This document shows, piece after piece, positions 24,701-36,467 of a stretch of DNA of 64,000 bases; the first letter of the stretch is position 1; each line of letters starts with the position of its first letter. Made by a program: the position numbers and the translations under genes. This DNA is from Lama glama. Lineage: Eukaryota. The stretch is taken from the NCBI GenBank assembly GCA_028534125.1, contig CM052832.1, positions 17,114,001-17,178,000 of the forward strand, in the 5' to 3' direction. Under the pieces are notes generated by a model. That model ran no database searches. It saw only the letters and a program-made list of their open reading frames with translations, and was not told the DNA's origin.

Positions 24701-27482
24701 GTAGAAATATTTTGTAGAGAATATGATAAGCACAAAACTTAGGAAGACCAGTATGTTCTTTGAATCATCTTTCCCATTCAACTTTCCCATTTCTTCAGAA
24801 TTTCAAATGCTACTACTATAAAAGGATAGTCACCAGGAGCTGGGAGGCCTTGCAATTAGGGGCTCCTTTCCTTTCAAACATCAGCAGTCCTCCCCGGGCT
24901 GAGCAGAGACATGACTAGGGAAAAGCTGTCGTGTAATGGATAGGGCGCTGAACCAGGTGTCCATGAATCAGGAAGTTCTCTAAACATACTTTCAGAGAAT
25001 GTCAGAGATTTAGATCTAAGTGGGCCTCTGGAGGTCTTCTTCTTGTCCAATGAAGAAGCTGAAGCCTGGAGGGGAAGTGCTTGTTCAAGGTCACACAAAA
25101 ACTGACAGGCAAGCACTGAGCTGGAACCAGAACTGAGGGCTTTTTCACTGCAGTATATGTTTTCTTTTACCCACTTTTTTCATCTCCCCTAACCTCCAGC
25201 CCCTTTCCTTTCGTAATGAACAGCACAGATTAGACTGGTTAAGGCTGTTTTTCAAATGGTACTGTACTGCCCTCTAGAGGTTCATGGGGTAATGATCTCC
25301 TCCCTTTTGGTCTCCACATGCCCAAATGTTCTGTGGTTACCATTAGTTCCTCCTAGGTCTAACTGCAATGCCTCTTGCTTTAGCAGCTAAACATTTCCAG
25401 CAAAGGTAAAGAGATGATACTCAATCTCATTATTCATCACAGATGTCAAGATTCCTTAGTCTGATTTAACCTCACTCTGTCTGGATGACCCAAACATCAT
25501 TTTTGAAGTTAAAACCTGACTGGTTCCCAACTTACCTGCAGATGTGAAATGAAAACTTTTGTGAGTCCAGAGGCCATTTCTCCTGACCTTGTCAAAAAGA
25601 TCCGCGATCTCCACAGGAAAATACTCACCCTCCCAGAGATGATGAGGGCGTTCACAGGTAAGAGGAAAGGAGCAGCAGCTTTCCTCAGTCTCATCAGTTG
25701 CCTTTCTGCCTTCCATCCATCTCCATCTTTCCCCACCTTCCAAACCTGGCTGAAGACGTCTTCCATCCCTGAAGCCTTCCTTTAGTGATCCCACTCTGCC
25801 CAAAGGGACCATTCCCTAGAGTGTCTCCTCCTTTTCCCAAGGACGGGCACTGCGCTGAGTCCAGGAAGGTGAGGACTGTGTTTCTTTCATAGCAGAAGCT
25901 GAGCCTTCTCTTGTCCTCACATTGCTCCCAGGACACAAGGCCTTTCAGGGTACCTGTAAGAAATAAAAAGTCACAGATCTTTCTATTTTTGCTTCCCTCA
26001 GAAAACTTGGTGCATCATCTGGAAACAGATTCAGGTAAGCACCTGGGGGTTTGTGAAGCCATTCATCCATTCAATCCAAGGCAGCAAACAGCAATTAAAT
26101 GTATGAATGCTGGAGCCTGATTGCTTGGGTTCTCTGTTCTCACTTTTGCTAGTTATGAAACATTGGGCAAATCATAAAGCCCCATAGTTTCTTTATCTAT
26201 AAAACGGAAAATATAATAGTACCCATCCCATAAATAGCTGAAAGTAAATGAATTATTATATGCAAAAAGCTCAGTATAGTACCTGGCACATAATAAGTGT
26301 TCAGTTAATGTTAGTGACTTGTATAAACCTAATTACCCCCCCCAATTAAAAAAAAAGTTAGTTACTTGTATAGATATTATTTATTTATTCAAAAATATTT
26401 ATCAGGTCCTTGTTTTTTGCCCAGCATTGTGCTAGACTTTTTTCAAATTGAAGTATAGTTGGCTTAAGTGCTAAACTTTTTATTAACTTGGACAAATCTT
26501 GTACAATTTTAGAAGACAGCATTTCCTTTTAAATTGGTGCTTAATTTAGAAACTATTTCCAGAAGCATCACCTCATTCTGCTTCTCAAAATTAATGTACA
26601 GAAAACTCACCTGGGGGAGGGGGGAGGATCTTGTTAAAATGCAGATTCTGATTTAGTAGGTCTGGGATGAGGCCCAAGATCCTGTATTTCTAACAAGCTC
26701 CCAGGCAAAGTGGATGCCACTAGTCCGTGGACTGCACTTTAAGAAGCAAAGCGTTTCAGCACAGCACCACTTGCGGGTCAGATAGAAGAGCTGTCATCCT
26801 CCGTTGTGCTGGAACAAAAGGGGAAACTGAGGTTCTGAGAAGCTGAGCCAATGACAGGCTGCACAGGGCTGGTGCGCTTTCTGCCTCCCATACACAGCAC
26901 ACGTGCTCTAGGGGTATACCTGGTGCCTCCAGCTCTGTTAATGTCCATGCCTTCCTCCCTCTAGGGGTCGTCACACTGGACCCTCAGACCGCCAGCCGGA
27001 GGCTGGTCCTCTCCGAGGACAGGAAGTCAGTGAGATACACCCGGCAGAAGCAGAACCTGCCAGACAGCCCCCTGCGCTTCGAGGGTCTCCCGGTGGTGCT
27101 GGGCTCCCCCGGCTTCTCCTCCGGGCGCCACCGCTGGCAGGTGGAGGTGCAGCTGGGAGCCGGCGGCGGCTGCACGGTGGGCGTGGTCGGGGAGGAGGTG
27201 AGGAGGAAGGGGCAGCGGGGCCTGAGCGCCGAGGAGGGCGTCTGGGCCGTGATCCTCTCGCACCAGCAGTGCTGGGCCAGCACCTCCCCGGGCACCGACC
27301 TGCCACTGAGCGAGGTCCCGAGCCGCGTGGGCGTCGCCTTGGACTACGAGGCGGGGCGCGTGACGCTGCTCAACGCCGAGACCCGGGCGCCCATCTTCAC
27401 CTTCACAGCCTCCTTCTCCGGCCAAGTCTTCCCTTTCTTCGCTGTCTGGAAAAAAGGTTCCTGCCTTACGTTGAAAAGCTGA
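18690..27482 (+). CDS. TRIM15: TRIM15 (RING, B-box, coiled-coil, B30.2); gene span of 7 coding exons, 461 aa
   Basis: Exons 18690-19058, 20499-20594, 23228-23458, 24218-24240, 25542-25657, 26002-26034 and 26965-27482 total 1386 nt in an open frame; translation matches recalled TRIM15. Confidence 0.96.
20080..20165 (-). mobile_element. Vic-1-like SINE (internally deleted)
   Basis: ttttaatggaggttctggggattgaacccaggacc...ctgagctataccctccaccc. Confidence 0.75.
20499..20594 (+). CDS. TRIM15: TRIM15 exon 2 (96 nt)
   Basis: ccacag|[10 protein letters not shown]...LQMLL|gtaaag. Confidence 0.94.
20775..20902 (-). mobile_element. Vic-1-like SINE (long tail)
   Basis: gattgaacccaggaccttgtgtatgctaagcatgtgctctaccactgagctctaccc. 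Confidence 0.8.
21663..21697. repeat. (TG)n microsatellite
   Basis: About 17 perfect TG units in TRIM15 intron 2. Confidence 0.95.
23228..23458 (+). CDS. TRIM15: TRIM15 exon 3 (231 nt)
   Basis: ttgcag|[10 protein letters not shown]...ASELLQ|gtgaga. Confidence 0.94.
24218..24240 (+). CDS. TRIM15: TRIM15 exon 4 (23 nt)
   Basis: ttgtag|DVRVNQSR|gtaggg. Confidence 0.92.
24597..24690 (+). mobile_element. Vic-1-like SINE
   Basis: ggggggagggtaatagcccaatgacagagcatgttcttagcatgcatgaggtcctgggttcaattccc...A tail; flanked by cattcta on both sides (part of a target-site duplication). Confidence 0.8.
25542..25657 (+). CDS. TRIM15: TRIM15 exon 5 (116 nt)
   Basis: ctgcag|[13 protein letters not shown]...MRAFT|gtaaga. 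Confidence 0.93.
26002..26034 (+). CDS. TRIM15: TRIM15 exon 6 (33 nt)
   Basis: cctcag|(E)[10 protein letters not shown]|gtaagc. Confidence 0.92.
26575..26750. mobile_element. MER5-like DNA transposon
   Basis: cttctcaaa...ttgttaaaatgcagattctgatttagtaggtctggg...tttctaacaagctcccagg...cacttt. Confidence 0.7.
26965..27482 (+). CDS. TRIM15: TRIM15 exon 7 (B30.2, 518 nt, CpG-rich)
   Basis: ctctag|(G)[20 protein letters not shown]...[11 protein letters not shown]. Confidence 0.95.
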
Positions 27483-27800
27483 GTTGGAGCGGCCAAAGGG
27501 CGGTGTAGCGGAGAAAGCAACCCCTGGGATCCAGCTCCAACCTCCGGGGCAAGTCGTTGTGCCCAAGACGGCAGGAGGACCCGGGATCTCAGGGCCCCTA
27601 CAGCTCTGTAATTTTTTCACTTTATTTATCTTATGTCTTTCAACTCCCTGACGTTCCTGGTCCCCCCACCCAACCCCCTGCCCCAACCGCTGACGCTCCT
27701 GCCTTCTATGCGTGGGGAGTGTAGAACCAGAGGTGGGCGAGGCTGCGCCTAGACCAGCAAAGCTGGGGAGCGGGGTGGGAGTAGAGGGGTTGAGAAAAAA

Positions 27801-27806
27801 AATAAA
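27801..27806 (+). terminator. Candidate TRIM15 polyadenylation signal
   Basis: First AATAAA after the stop (about 320 nt), within a cluster of overlapping AATAAA copies. Confidence 0.55.
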
Positions 27807-29989
27807 ATAAAATAAAAAATTTTTAAGCTTCTAAGGAACTGTCATGGGAAAAACAGAGCTTTATGGATCTTGCCCTAATTTATTCAGTTGACTGTTTTTA
27901 CTTGGACATATACATGGAGCTGCTTTGGCCTTATGGCTTCTTCATCCAGCCCTGTGGAGTCGCAGGTCCCCTTCCATTCTGACACCTTCAGGTCTTTTTT
28001 TCATAGAGAATATCCTAAGAAAGTGTGCGACCCACCCAGGCTCCTGCATTTCATGTGTCTAATCAGTGTTGATGGGGCTGAAGGAAAGGCTTTAAAGTCA
28101 GTGGAATCTCTGTGACCAAGACACATCCTGCCCCTTCTTTTACTCAGGACTTGCCTGATGGCAGTTGGGCCAGACCTCATTGTCCAACAAAACGAGGCTT
28201 GTGTTCAGTTCTAACTAGCCTCTTAGATATGCATTATTATTACTGCTGTTATTATTGGACACAGAAACAGACCATACATTAAAATAATTTTAAGAAGCTA
28301 AGTATGAATTTCTGTGATAATGATGATTTCCACACCACCACCCTTTCTGATTCTTGCTCTCTCTCCTCTCAAGTTTAACACTCACATTCCCATTGTCCCA
28401 CCCAAACCCCGAAAAGATCTACCTTCATCCTCAATCAGTTCCCTCTAGTATAAATCTGTAAGTTTACCATTTATATCATATGAGCCTTGCTCCCCAAGTG
28501 TGGGGTCAGATGTTTTAAAGACACTGTAAGTGCCTGTGCTATATGTGAATTTCATTACAAGACAGTAATAAGAATCACTGGGATTGTGAATCATTACCCC
28601 TAATTTAACTGAGCAAATAGAAGTCCTTGATGTAAAAGAAGCCAGAGTTTGGGGGTTTCTTCTGTCCTCCTGAGTGACAAGCAGAATGCATTGCCTAATA
28701 TTTATTATAAAAGTGGTATATACTGCTGGTTAAAAAAAGGATTCAAACATTTGCATAGAGTGTAAGTGAAAAGTCCCTCTCTCCACCTCACTTCCTCTTA
28801 CCACATTCTATAGGTAACCACCAGTATCACAGTTTGTATAACCTGCCAGTTTTGTAGACAAGTACATTTAGCTTTTTTTTTTAACCCAAATGAGACTATA
28901 CCATAAGTACTCCTTGCAATCCACCTCCAGAGAAAAACTATATATAACACATGCCTTGCTGTAACACTTGTCAAACATTACCGAAGTCAAAAGTTATTTT
29001 GCAAAAATACACATCTTCTTTTGAACCTTATAACAAACCTGTGAAATACAGAGATCTCATTTTGTTTTTCTCGCTCTGTGGTTGAGAAAACTAGCACACG
29101 GTTAAAGGAACTTGTCTAACAGGTTTCACAGCTGGTCTTCATAATCTGCAGGAAGTGGAATCCGCAGATCCCGGTCCTCGTGCCTCAGTCTGGTGACATT
29201 TCAACTACGCTCAGACTTTCCGAACAGACGGCTCATGATGGAGCTTTGTTTCATTTCCTCTGCCCTGAACCAGTGTTTTAGACAGGCAGGGCTTTTTTGG
29301 GCTTTCTTTGTATGAAATAGAAAAAAATAAATGAACGACCGACACTATTTCCACGCTTCTGGTGCTTTTCATTTTAGGGTGATCTGGGAAATGTAGGGCT
29401 GTGGATACACACACGTGGAGGCTCTGGGCCAGAATTAAATTCTTTATTGCCCTGCATAAAGAAAAGAGAATTTAGGAGTCTAAGGAGAAGGTTTAGGGGT
29501 AGCCAAGACCCACAGATGAGGACCAGGAGCTGCCTGGAGGGAAAGAGGAGGAAATTAATCCATTCGGTGGCCCGCTGGAGAGTTTGAGGATATCTGTGTT
29601 GCGGTGTCTGTGATGTAAAACCATCCTTTATCTCCGCTCGCAGGATTCTTGTGGATTTTTTGGTAGAGAGCCTTTATCAAGCTACCAAGTTAAAGGGTGC
29701 TTTTCTGTTTCTAGTTTTCTTAGTTTTTCAAATAATACCTAAGATTTCAGCTTTATCAAATACGATTTTTCATGTTTCAAGATAGTCATTGTGATTTTTC
29801 TCTATTTGTCTATGGAGGTGGTGACTGCTTTGTCAGATCTTCTGATGTTACATTATTATTGCCTTTCTGAGACAAACTCTACATGATAAAGTATCATTTC
29901 TTAATAGTTCACAGCTGGAATGTTGCATAATTATACATAGGTTATTTAACTTACCTAGGACATTCTCGGCTTTGCTGCCACTGTCTACC

Positions 29990-30150
29990 TCAGTGCTTCT
30001 CAAACTTTAGGGTTTAAAAGTCATCTGAGAGTCTTGTGAAAAGTCACATTCTGACTCAGAAGGAGTAGGGAAGAAGCTAAGAGTTTGCATCTCTTAAAAG
30101 CTCTAGGGTGACGCTCGAGCAGCTGACCCTGGACCACACTGGAGTAAGGC
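29990..30150. mobile_element. MER5-like DNA transposon
   Basis: cagtgcttctcaaacttt...attctgactcag...tttgcatctct...ggaccacactggag. Confidence 0.55.
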
Positions 30151-30499
30151 TCTATCCCACTCCTCTGCATCTCACCCTTCAGGTCCTACTGTAGCTATTC
30201 AAACTCCAAACTCCTGAGAAAGGCTTCTGATTGGCTCTATACTGGTTTTTGTGCCAGATTGAAGTCACTAGCTAGTATGTTTGGATGACCCTAGATAAGA
30301 TAGCCATCTCAGGGCCAATCATTGTGACCAAGGTACAGTTTACAGCCCTTTGGCTTCATTATAAAAATAGTTTAAACTCTAGCTCTGCTGGAAGCAAGTT
30401 TACTTAATGTCTCTGAATCTTTAAGTCATGTGAAAAAGAGATTAAAATACCTATTCTATAGGATTGTTATGATAAATGTATTCACACAGGTAATATGTT

Positions 30500-30715
30500 T
30501 CTGGAATCCAATTCCAATGTGGGGCAGCAGTGCAGGTGGGGTTTCCTCACATCACCAACAATTCTCTGGACACCAGCTGGGTGTCCTACAACCCAACTCA
30601 ATTCTAACACTATCTACCTGGAGATAGCATCAGAGTCCACAGCTTAAGGACTCAGCCCTACAAGACCACCCTCCACCTCAGATGCCAGTCACAAGGCCAG
30701 GTTACCTGTACTTCT
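30500..30715. mobile_element. ERV LTR fragment (MER21-like)
   Basis: gacaccagctgggtgtcctacaacccaactcaattctaacactatctacctggagatagcatcaga. Confidence 0.6.
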
Positions 30716-33700
30716 GCACATGTGACATGTAATGGCCCAACACATAATGGGCCTGGTACATTGCTTGGTATTCAGTAAGCAATTAATGTTGGCCGTGGAG
30801 TTGGGGCAAACTCCCTTAGAATAAGATTCTGGATGTGTCTCATTGATAGTGATTGATGTATCAGATGACTTGTCTGCAGAGTCAGAATTATACTGTGTAA
30901 ACCACTTAAATGTGCACCAAACAGAATCAATTTAGAAGCAAGAAAATCTTTACTTATCCATTCTTTTTCTCATGTGTGATGGAGAAGTCTGTGGTCAAAG
31001 TTGAAAACTTGGGGTAAGTCCAGTCCAGCACTAGCAGAATCAGAACCACAGATACTCAGAACCATGGGTGAAGGAAGGAGTGGGGCCAGGGGTGGCCTCT
31101 GGTCATGGCCAACTGTCCTGCATCTCTAGGGCTGGATGTCCCCTGAATTCAAAAAGAAGTGCAGTTTCATTGCCTGGGGGTTAGAGTAGGGTATTTTTAA
31201 AAATGTATTCTAATCCACAGAACAAAAAAATTAAAGATAAAGAGGACTGCTGTGTAGATTATCTTTAATTTGGAACTATGGGGTTATTACTTACGAATAT
31301 TATCTTTGTAAATTCTCTCCTTCCTACCCCCATTAGAAAGAAGACACAAGAGCTAATTATCCTCATGATGACAATAAAGCCATTGCCACCAGAATCATTC
31401 CCTCACAGCAGTCTCTCTGTCTAGGGACCCCGAGACTGGGTGAGTGGCCCTAAGAACTGTGCAGAAGTAACAGTGAATACAAGTAAGTCTAGGTGCCCAG
31501 CCCTGGGGATGTGAAGGCCTCCTGTTCTGGCCTTGGCTCAGCCAATGACTTTGACCTTGGGAAAATCATCCCATTTGCCCAGGGCCTAAAGCGCGATGGA
31601 GTGAGTCCCTTCTAATTCTGAGACCTTGTGACTTAATTCCCATCCTCAGGGCGCTGTCCATCTAAGGGAGTGAAGAGTGAGTGCAGCTTCTACCCTCTGA
31701 GCATCACCTTGTTTCTCACAGGAATGGGGACCAATGTCAGATATATTCTTCTAGTCTCTTGGGAGAGCAATGACCTCATACCTTTGTGCTCAGTGAAAAC
31801 CATGGGCTTTAGAAACCAGAAGACCCTGATTCATATCCTGACTCACATCTTACTTGTGTGACTTAAAGAGGTTTACTTAATCCCCCAGAGCTTCTAGACT
31901 CCTGGTCTGAACACTGGGAACAAGAAGCCACCTTAGAATTGTTACCAGGGACACGAGACAACACACATGAAAGTGCGGGGCACATTGCCTGCTGCAGTGT
32001 AAGCACCAATGATGATGCTGCCGAGGGTAACTGTGACCGAAAATCTTGGAGCTGGGAAGAATCTCAGAGGATAATCGGACCCAGGATTTTATCTTTAGGC
32101 AGAATCTAAGGACATCCATTTTACAAATAGGCAACTAAAATATAGAAAATTTATGTAATGAGAAAATTGTATTTCCTCTGATAAATGAGACCTGGGGGAA
32201 AAGACCATTTTTTCCCCCAAGATCAAGAGCTATCGGGAGCTATGTGTTCCTTGAAGGCCTCATTCTCTCCTACTAGAGTGTGTGTCGGGATTGCATCACT
32301 TTCCTTGTTGTGCTGTCTTTTTGGGCAAATTCACAGAGGCACTGCAGATTAGCTGTGGGAATTTTTGAAATTTTCATCTTGAATGAAGTTTACAGCTGAT
32401 GAGTATAACTCACCCCGAGCTTCACCATACTGTAAGCTATCATGTTAAAAAGAGTAACATTTCTGCCGTGGCACTGTGAGTTTAGCGGATGGTTAGAACT
32501 TTTTCTTTTTTTTCAGTTTCACAAGAAAACAGTTGAGGACACTGACATGCTGACACTGATGAGGAATTTTATTTTCACTCTTTCAATCCCGAGCGGCTGT
32601 GAGTTGAGGCCGCAGTGGCTAGAGTGTGACACCTCCTCTGCTCCAGACTCAGGCCTCAGGGAACAGGTTCCACATCCCTGAAAGGCCAGCAGATGAAACC
32701 TTAGACCAGTAACAGGCAGGGAGTCACAACTGAGACTGGCATACAGCCCGGTCCCCGTGAGGACTGCACACTCTGAGAAAGGGTAAGTTGGAGGAAAACC
32801 ATCCAGTGGTGCAGGAGACAGAAGGGAAGCCTTTCCTGGGAACCGTTCTGAGAAACAGAACACCTGGCCTAGTGTATGGTTAGTGTTTTGGTTTGTAGGG
32901 TAGGAACCCCCAAGCCAAAAAACAAACATAAAATGGTATCGGACTGGTATTATATCTGGGTTCCCTGCTAGAAGCACTGAATAGAATGCCCTCAAAAAGC
33001 CTTGCTGAAGATGAGCACAAAATAAGTTATTAAAAACACAAAAATGACCCCCTTCCACATCGTTGACACAAACTGGTGGTGCACAACCCCAAGAACTTCA
33101 GCTCTAAAACTGTAATAAGCACTGTAGGTCTACTTGACCATATGTGCAGGTGTAGTTCATAAAAAACAACCTAAAATATGAATATAAAAATAACAGAAAA
33201 ATATAAAAAAATTCAAAATAATCTGTTGAACAAATCTTGCCGGCAACCTTCTATACTAAGATGGCACTGTAAAATATACATTTTAATTATCTTCAAGGGT
33301 CTTGTATGCTGACACTTTATCTTCTACAGTTTATTTTGGGAGCATGACACTTATAAAACTCACTAAAGCAACAATGACTTGGAAGCATTAATATTTTGGC
33401 CAAATGGAAATATTGCCTATTTAATAACTATTAGCTTTTTATTAAACAATAATCACCTTTAAAAGTTTCAGAAATCTCCCATCATTGTATAAAAACTCTT
33501 TCCAAGAAAGGGTAGAGGGCATTTTGAGAATTACGAAATTATTTCATAAAGACTAGTAGTATATAATTTTAGGGGGCAATTCGTACCAATCAAAAAATTT
33601 TAAATTTCAAGAATATGCAAGGAATTATTGTCTCTCAGGATTCCAATGGGAGTTAAGAGACTATAATAATAATGCATGTCATTTCCAATAATCGACACAC

Positions 33701-34310
33701 TTTGCACACATGTATTTAGAAAGAAAAAGCAAAATTTCTAAAAAGGGGAAACATCAATGAGGTCACAAACGAGAATACAGGGAGGAAATGTGCTCTTTGC
33801 CACTAGTATGATCTTGGAGGTACTTTGTGTAACCCTCCTTTTCCTACCTTTAAGATGGCAATTTAAAAAAATCAAAAGAGGACAGGAAATGGTCATATAG
33901 TTGAATGTACAGGAGACAGAACTGAATCTCTGTAGGTGACATTTCCTTTGGGGCAGTTTATTTTCCCAGGAAGGATTGTGGGTGTGTCATGCTGGACGTC
34001 ACCCTTCTCGTCGGAGCCCCACACTCCATAGACACGGGACCTCAGTGCAGGGCCACCACTGCAGGAGAGGAAGAATGAGACGGAAGCTTGGCAATGGCTG
34101 ATGAAGTGTCCCATGGAAGGGCTCTTCTTTGGGGACTTCCAGAAATGACATGCATGTGTGAAGATGACAGTAAGCAAAGCTGCAGAGTTCTCAAGGACCC
34201 AGAAGGGGCCCAGGAGAGAAGCCCTGGCCTACCGCTGTCAGCGGAACCTCTTTGTAGCCACAGACTGCAAAGGTTTGGTAATATCTGAGTTATAGATGAA
34301 TCGCAGGCTG

Positions 34311-34316
34311 TTTATT
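34311..34316 (-). terminator. Candidate TRIM26 polyadenylation signal
   Basis: AATAAA on the - strand about 1.47 kb after the stop; a second copy at 34326-34331. Confidence 0.5.
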
Positions 34317-35784
34317 CAACATGTTTTTATTGAGCACCTACTCTGTGCCCAGCACTGCACTAGGTGCTATGGAGAATACAAGAGAAGTATAAGATACAGT
34401 ATCCGCCCTCAAGGAGCTTATAAAACTAGAGGCAGAAATCAGATGTACATGACTCAGGCAGCATGTGAAATACACAGAGTGCAACTTCAGATGATGTCGA
34501 GGTGAAGAGACCACCGAGATCCACAGCGGCTGGGAACAGTCTCTTAGAGCAGGGGGAGGAGTTAAGACTGGCTAAGCTGGGTGCTGGCAGAATGCTTGGG
34601 ATGGATGAGGTCGAAGGCTGCGAGGTAATCTGGCTGGAGCAGGAGCTTGTGCCAAACGGCAAGCACTAGCGGAGCCTGGACAGAGACTGGGACGTGGGTT
34701 GGGCCCGCGGGCAAAGAAGATATGCTTTGATTCCTCTCTTGACATGAAGATTTGTGGGTCATTGAGGGGGGCGGCACCTGCTGCCTTCTCCTGGCACAGC
34801 CATCTTGCCCTCCCCAGCCCCGTTCCTGGGAAAACGGAACCTGGATGTTGAGTAGGGCCAGTGATGGAAGCTTAGTATCTTGCTGCAAAAACAGATCAGG
34901 GCTTCCAAGGCAGGACAGGTTTTGCTTGACTGGATATTTTCTTTGCCCTGGTGTTTTTATATGGACTGACAAGAGCAGGATACCCTGGATTCTTTCAAAA
35001 ACTCTCCTCCTGAGGACCATCCCCTAGAGGTGATACTGTTACCCCAAAGCCGCATATATCCCGATCCCCACCTCAGCCCTTAGATGCTTTCAGGGAGGCC
35101 CTGCTCCCACTTCTGGAAACCCCACAAACTCAGCCCTGGTCTCAGAGAAGCATGGACTCTGGGCCTTATGAGGAGATGCTTTCCATGGGCATTCCAAGCG
35201 GCTTCAATGGCCTAGGACGCCTCCGTGGAACTCCACTCAGCTCATTTTCAACATTTTCATGTATGATTGACTCTCAGTTGGGATGGCAGTAGGTGTGTTC
35301 AAAGTACCAGGGAAGGCAGGTGGCAGAAGTGGGCTTGGGCAAAGGGAAGATATGGGATTAGAGAAGAGTAAAATGGCCCTCGGTGTAGGAGTCAACTGGT
35401 CTTTCCTAAGAGCAGCTGGCATTGGATGCCGCACTGGGCAAGAAAATGCTGCCTTGCCTCTTACTGAACAAGGAGATGGCAGAGCTGGGTCAAAGGCCAT
35501 GGGCAGGAGGGAGGGAGGAGACCTCAAGGACTTCATGGTCAGAAGTCAGCCTGGGAACCCCTGGAGGCGGGAGAAGAGCTTTAGGGCAGGATGGAGGGAA
35601 CAGCACGGAGTGAGATCTCAAGGGGGCCACAGCCACAGGGAGGGGAGTGGCAGCAGACAGGGGTGTCCCACCTCTCTCCTGCTCTGGGTGCTCTGGCCAG
35701 GCACCTCCTCCCCTGCCACAGAGCACTGGAATTCCAGAGAAGTGAAGCATCTGCAGGTGTGGGGCTGGGAGCAGGAGTCGGGGC

Positions 35785-36467
35785 TCAGGGTCTCAGCAGG
35801 AGGCGTGTTCCGGGCCACTTGAGCCACAGGAAGGGCAGCAGGCGCCGGGTGAAGGTGGCAGTGAAGGTGTAGATGAGTTCTTGTGACTCTGCATTGGTGA
35901 AAGTCACGGTGCCCCCTTCGTAATCCAGGGCGATGCCCACTCTCCGGGGCCGCAGCGCCGGGAAGAGCTCAGCCTCGGGGCTGGTGTTGGCCCAGATGCC
36001 GGCCGAGGAGAGGCGCAGCGCCCACACGCCGTCCTCTGGCCGCAGGGAGAGGTCGCCCTTCCTCTTCACCGAGTCTCTGGCCACCCCCACCAGGCAGCTT
36101 TCCAGAACTTCCTCCTCCTCCTCCTCCTCTTCTTCCTCTTCATCCCCCAACGATTCCTCGTCCTCATCCGTTTCCCAATAGTCGTATCCGTCCCCGTAGT
36201 CGGCCTCCTCTTCCTCCTCCTCCTCTTCCCCCTCTTCCTCCTCGTCCCTCTCCTCTTCATCCTCGGACCAGCCCTCCCTCTCCACCTCCACCTCCCAGTA
36301 GACCTTGCCCCAGGTGAAGCCCTTACTGCCCAGCACCCCCGGCTCACAGTCAAACTGCTGCGGGTGCAGGTAAGCACTCTGGTACAGGCTGCTGTAGGTC
36401 ACACATTTCCAGTCCTCCGACAGCTGCAGGTACCCACTGGCCGACTGTGGGTCCAGGGTGACACTCA
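35785..36467 (-). CDS. TRIM26: TRIM26 coding exon 7 (B30.2 with poly-Glu insert, 683 nt)
   Basis: ccacag|(V)[20 protein letters not shown]...LLLRP*. Confidence 0.96.

Noticed and set aside
27027..27686. 219-aa antisense ORF over the TRIM15 last exon
   Set aside because: Explained by very high GC content on the strand opposite a real exon
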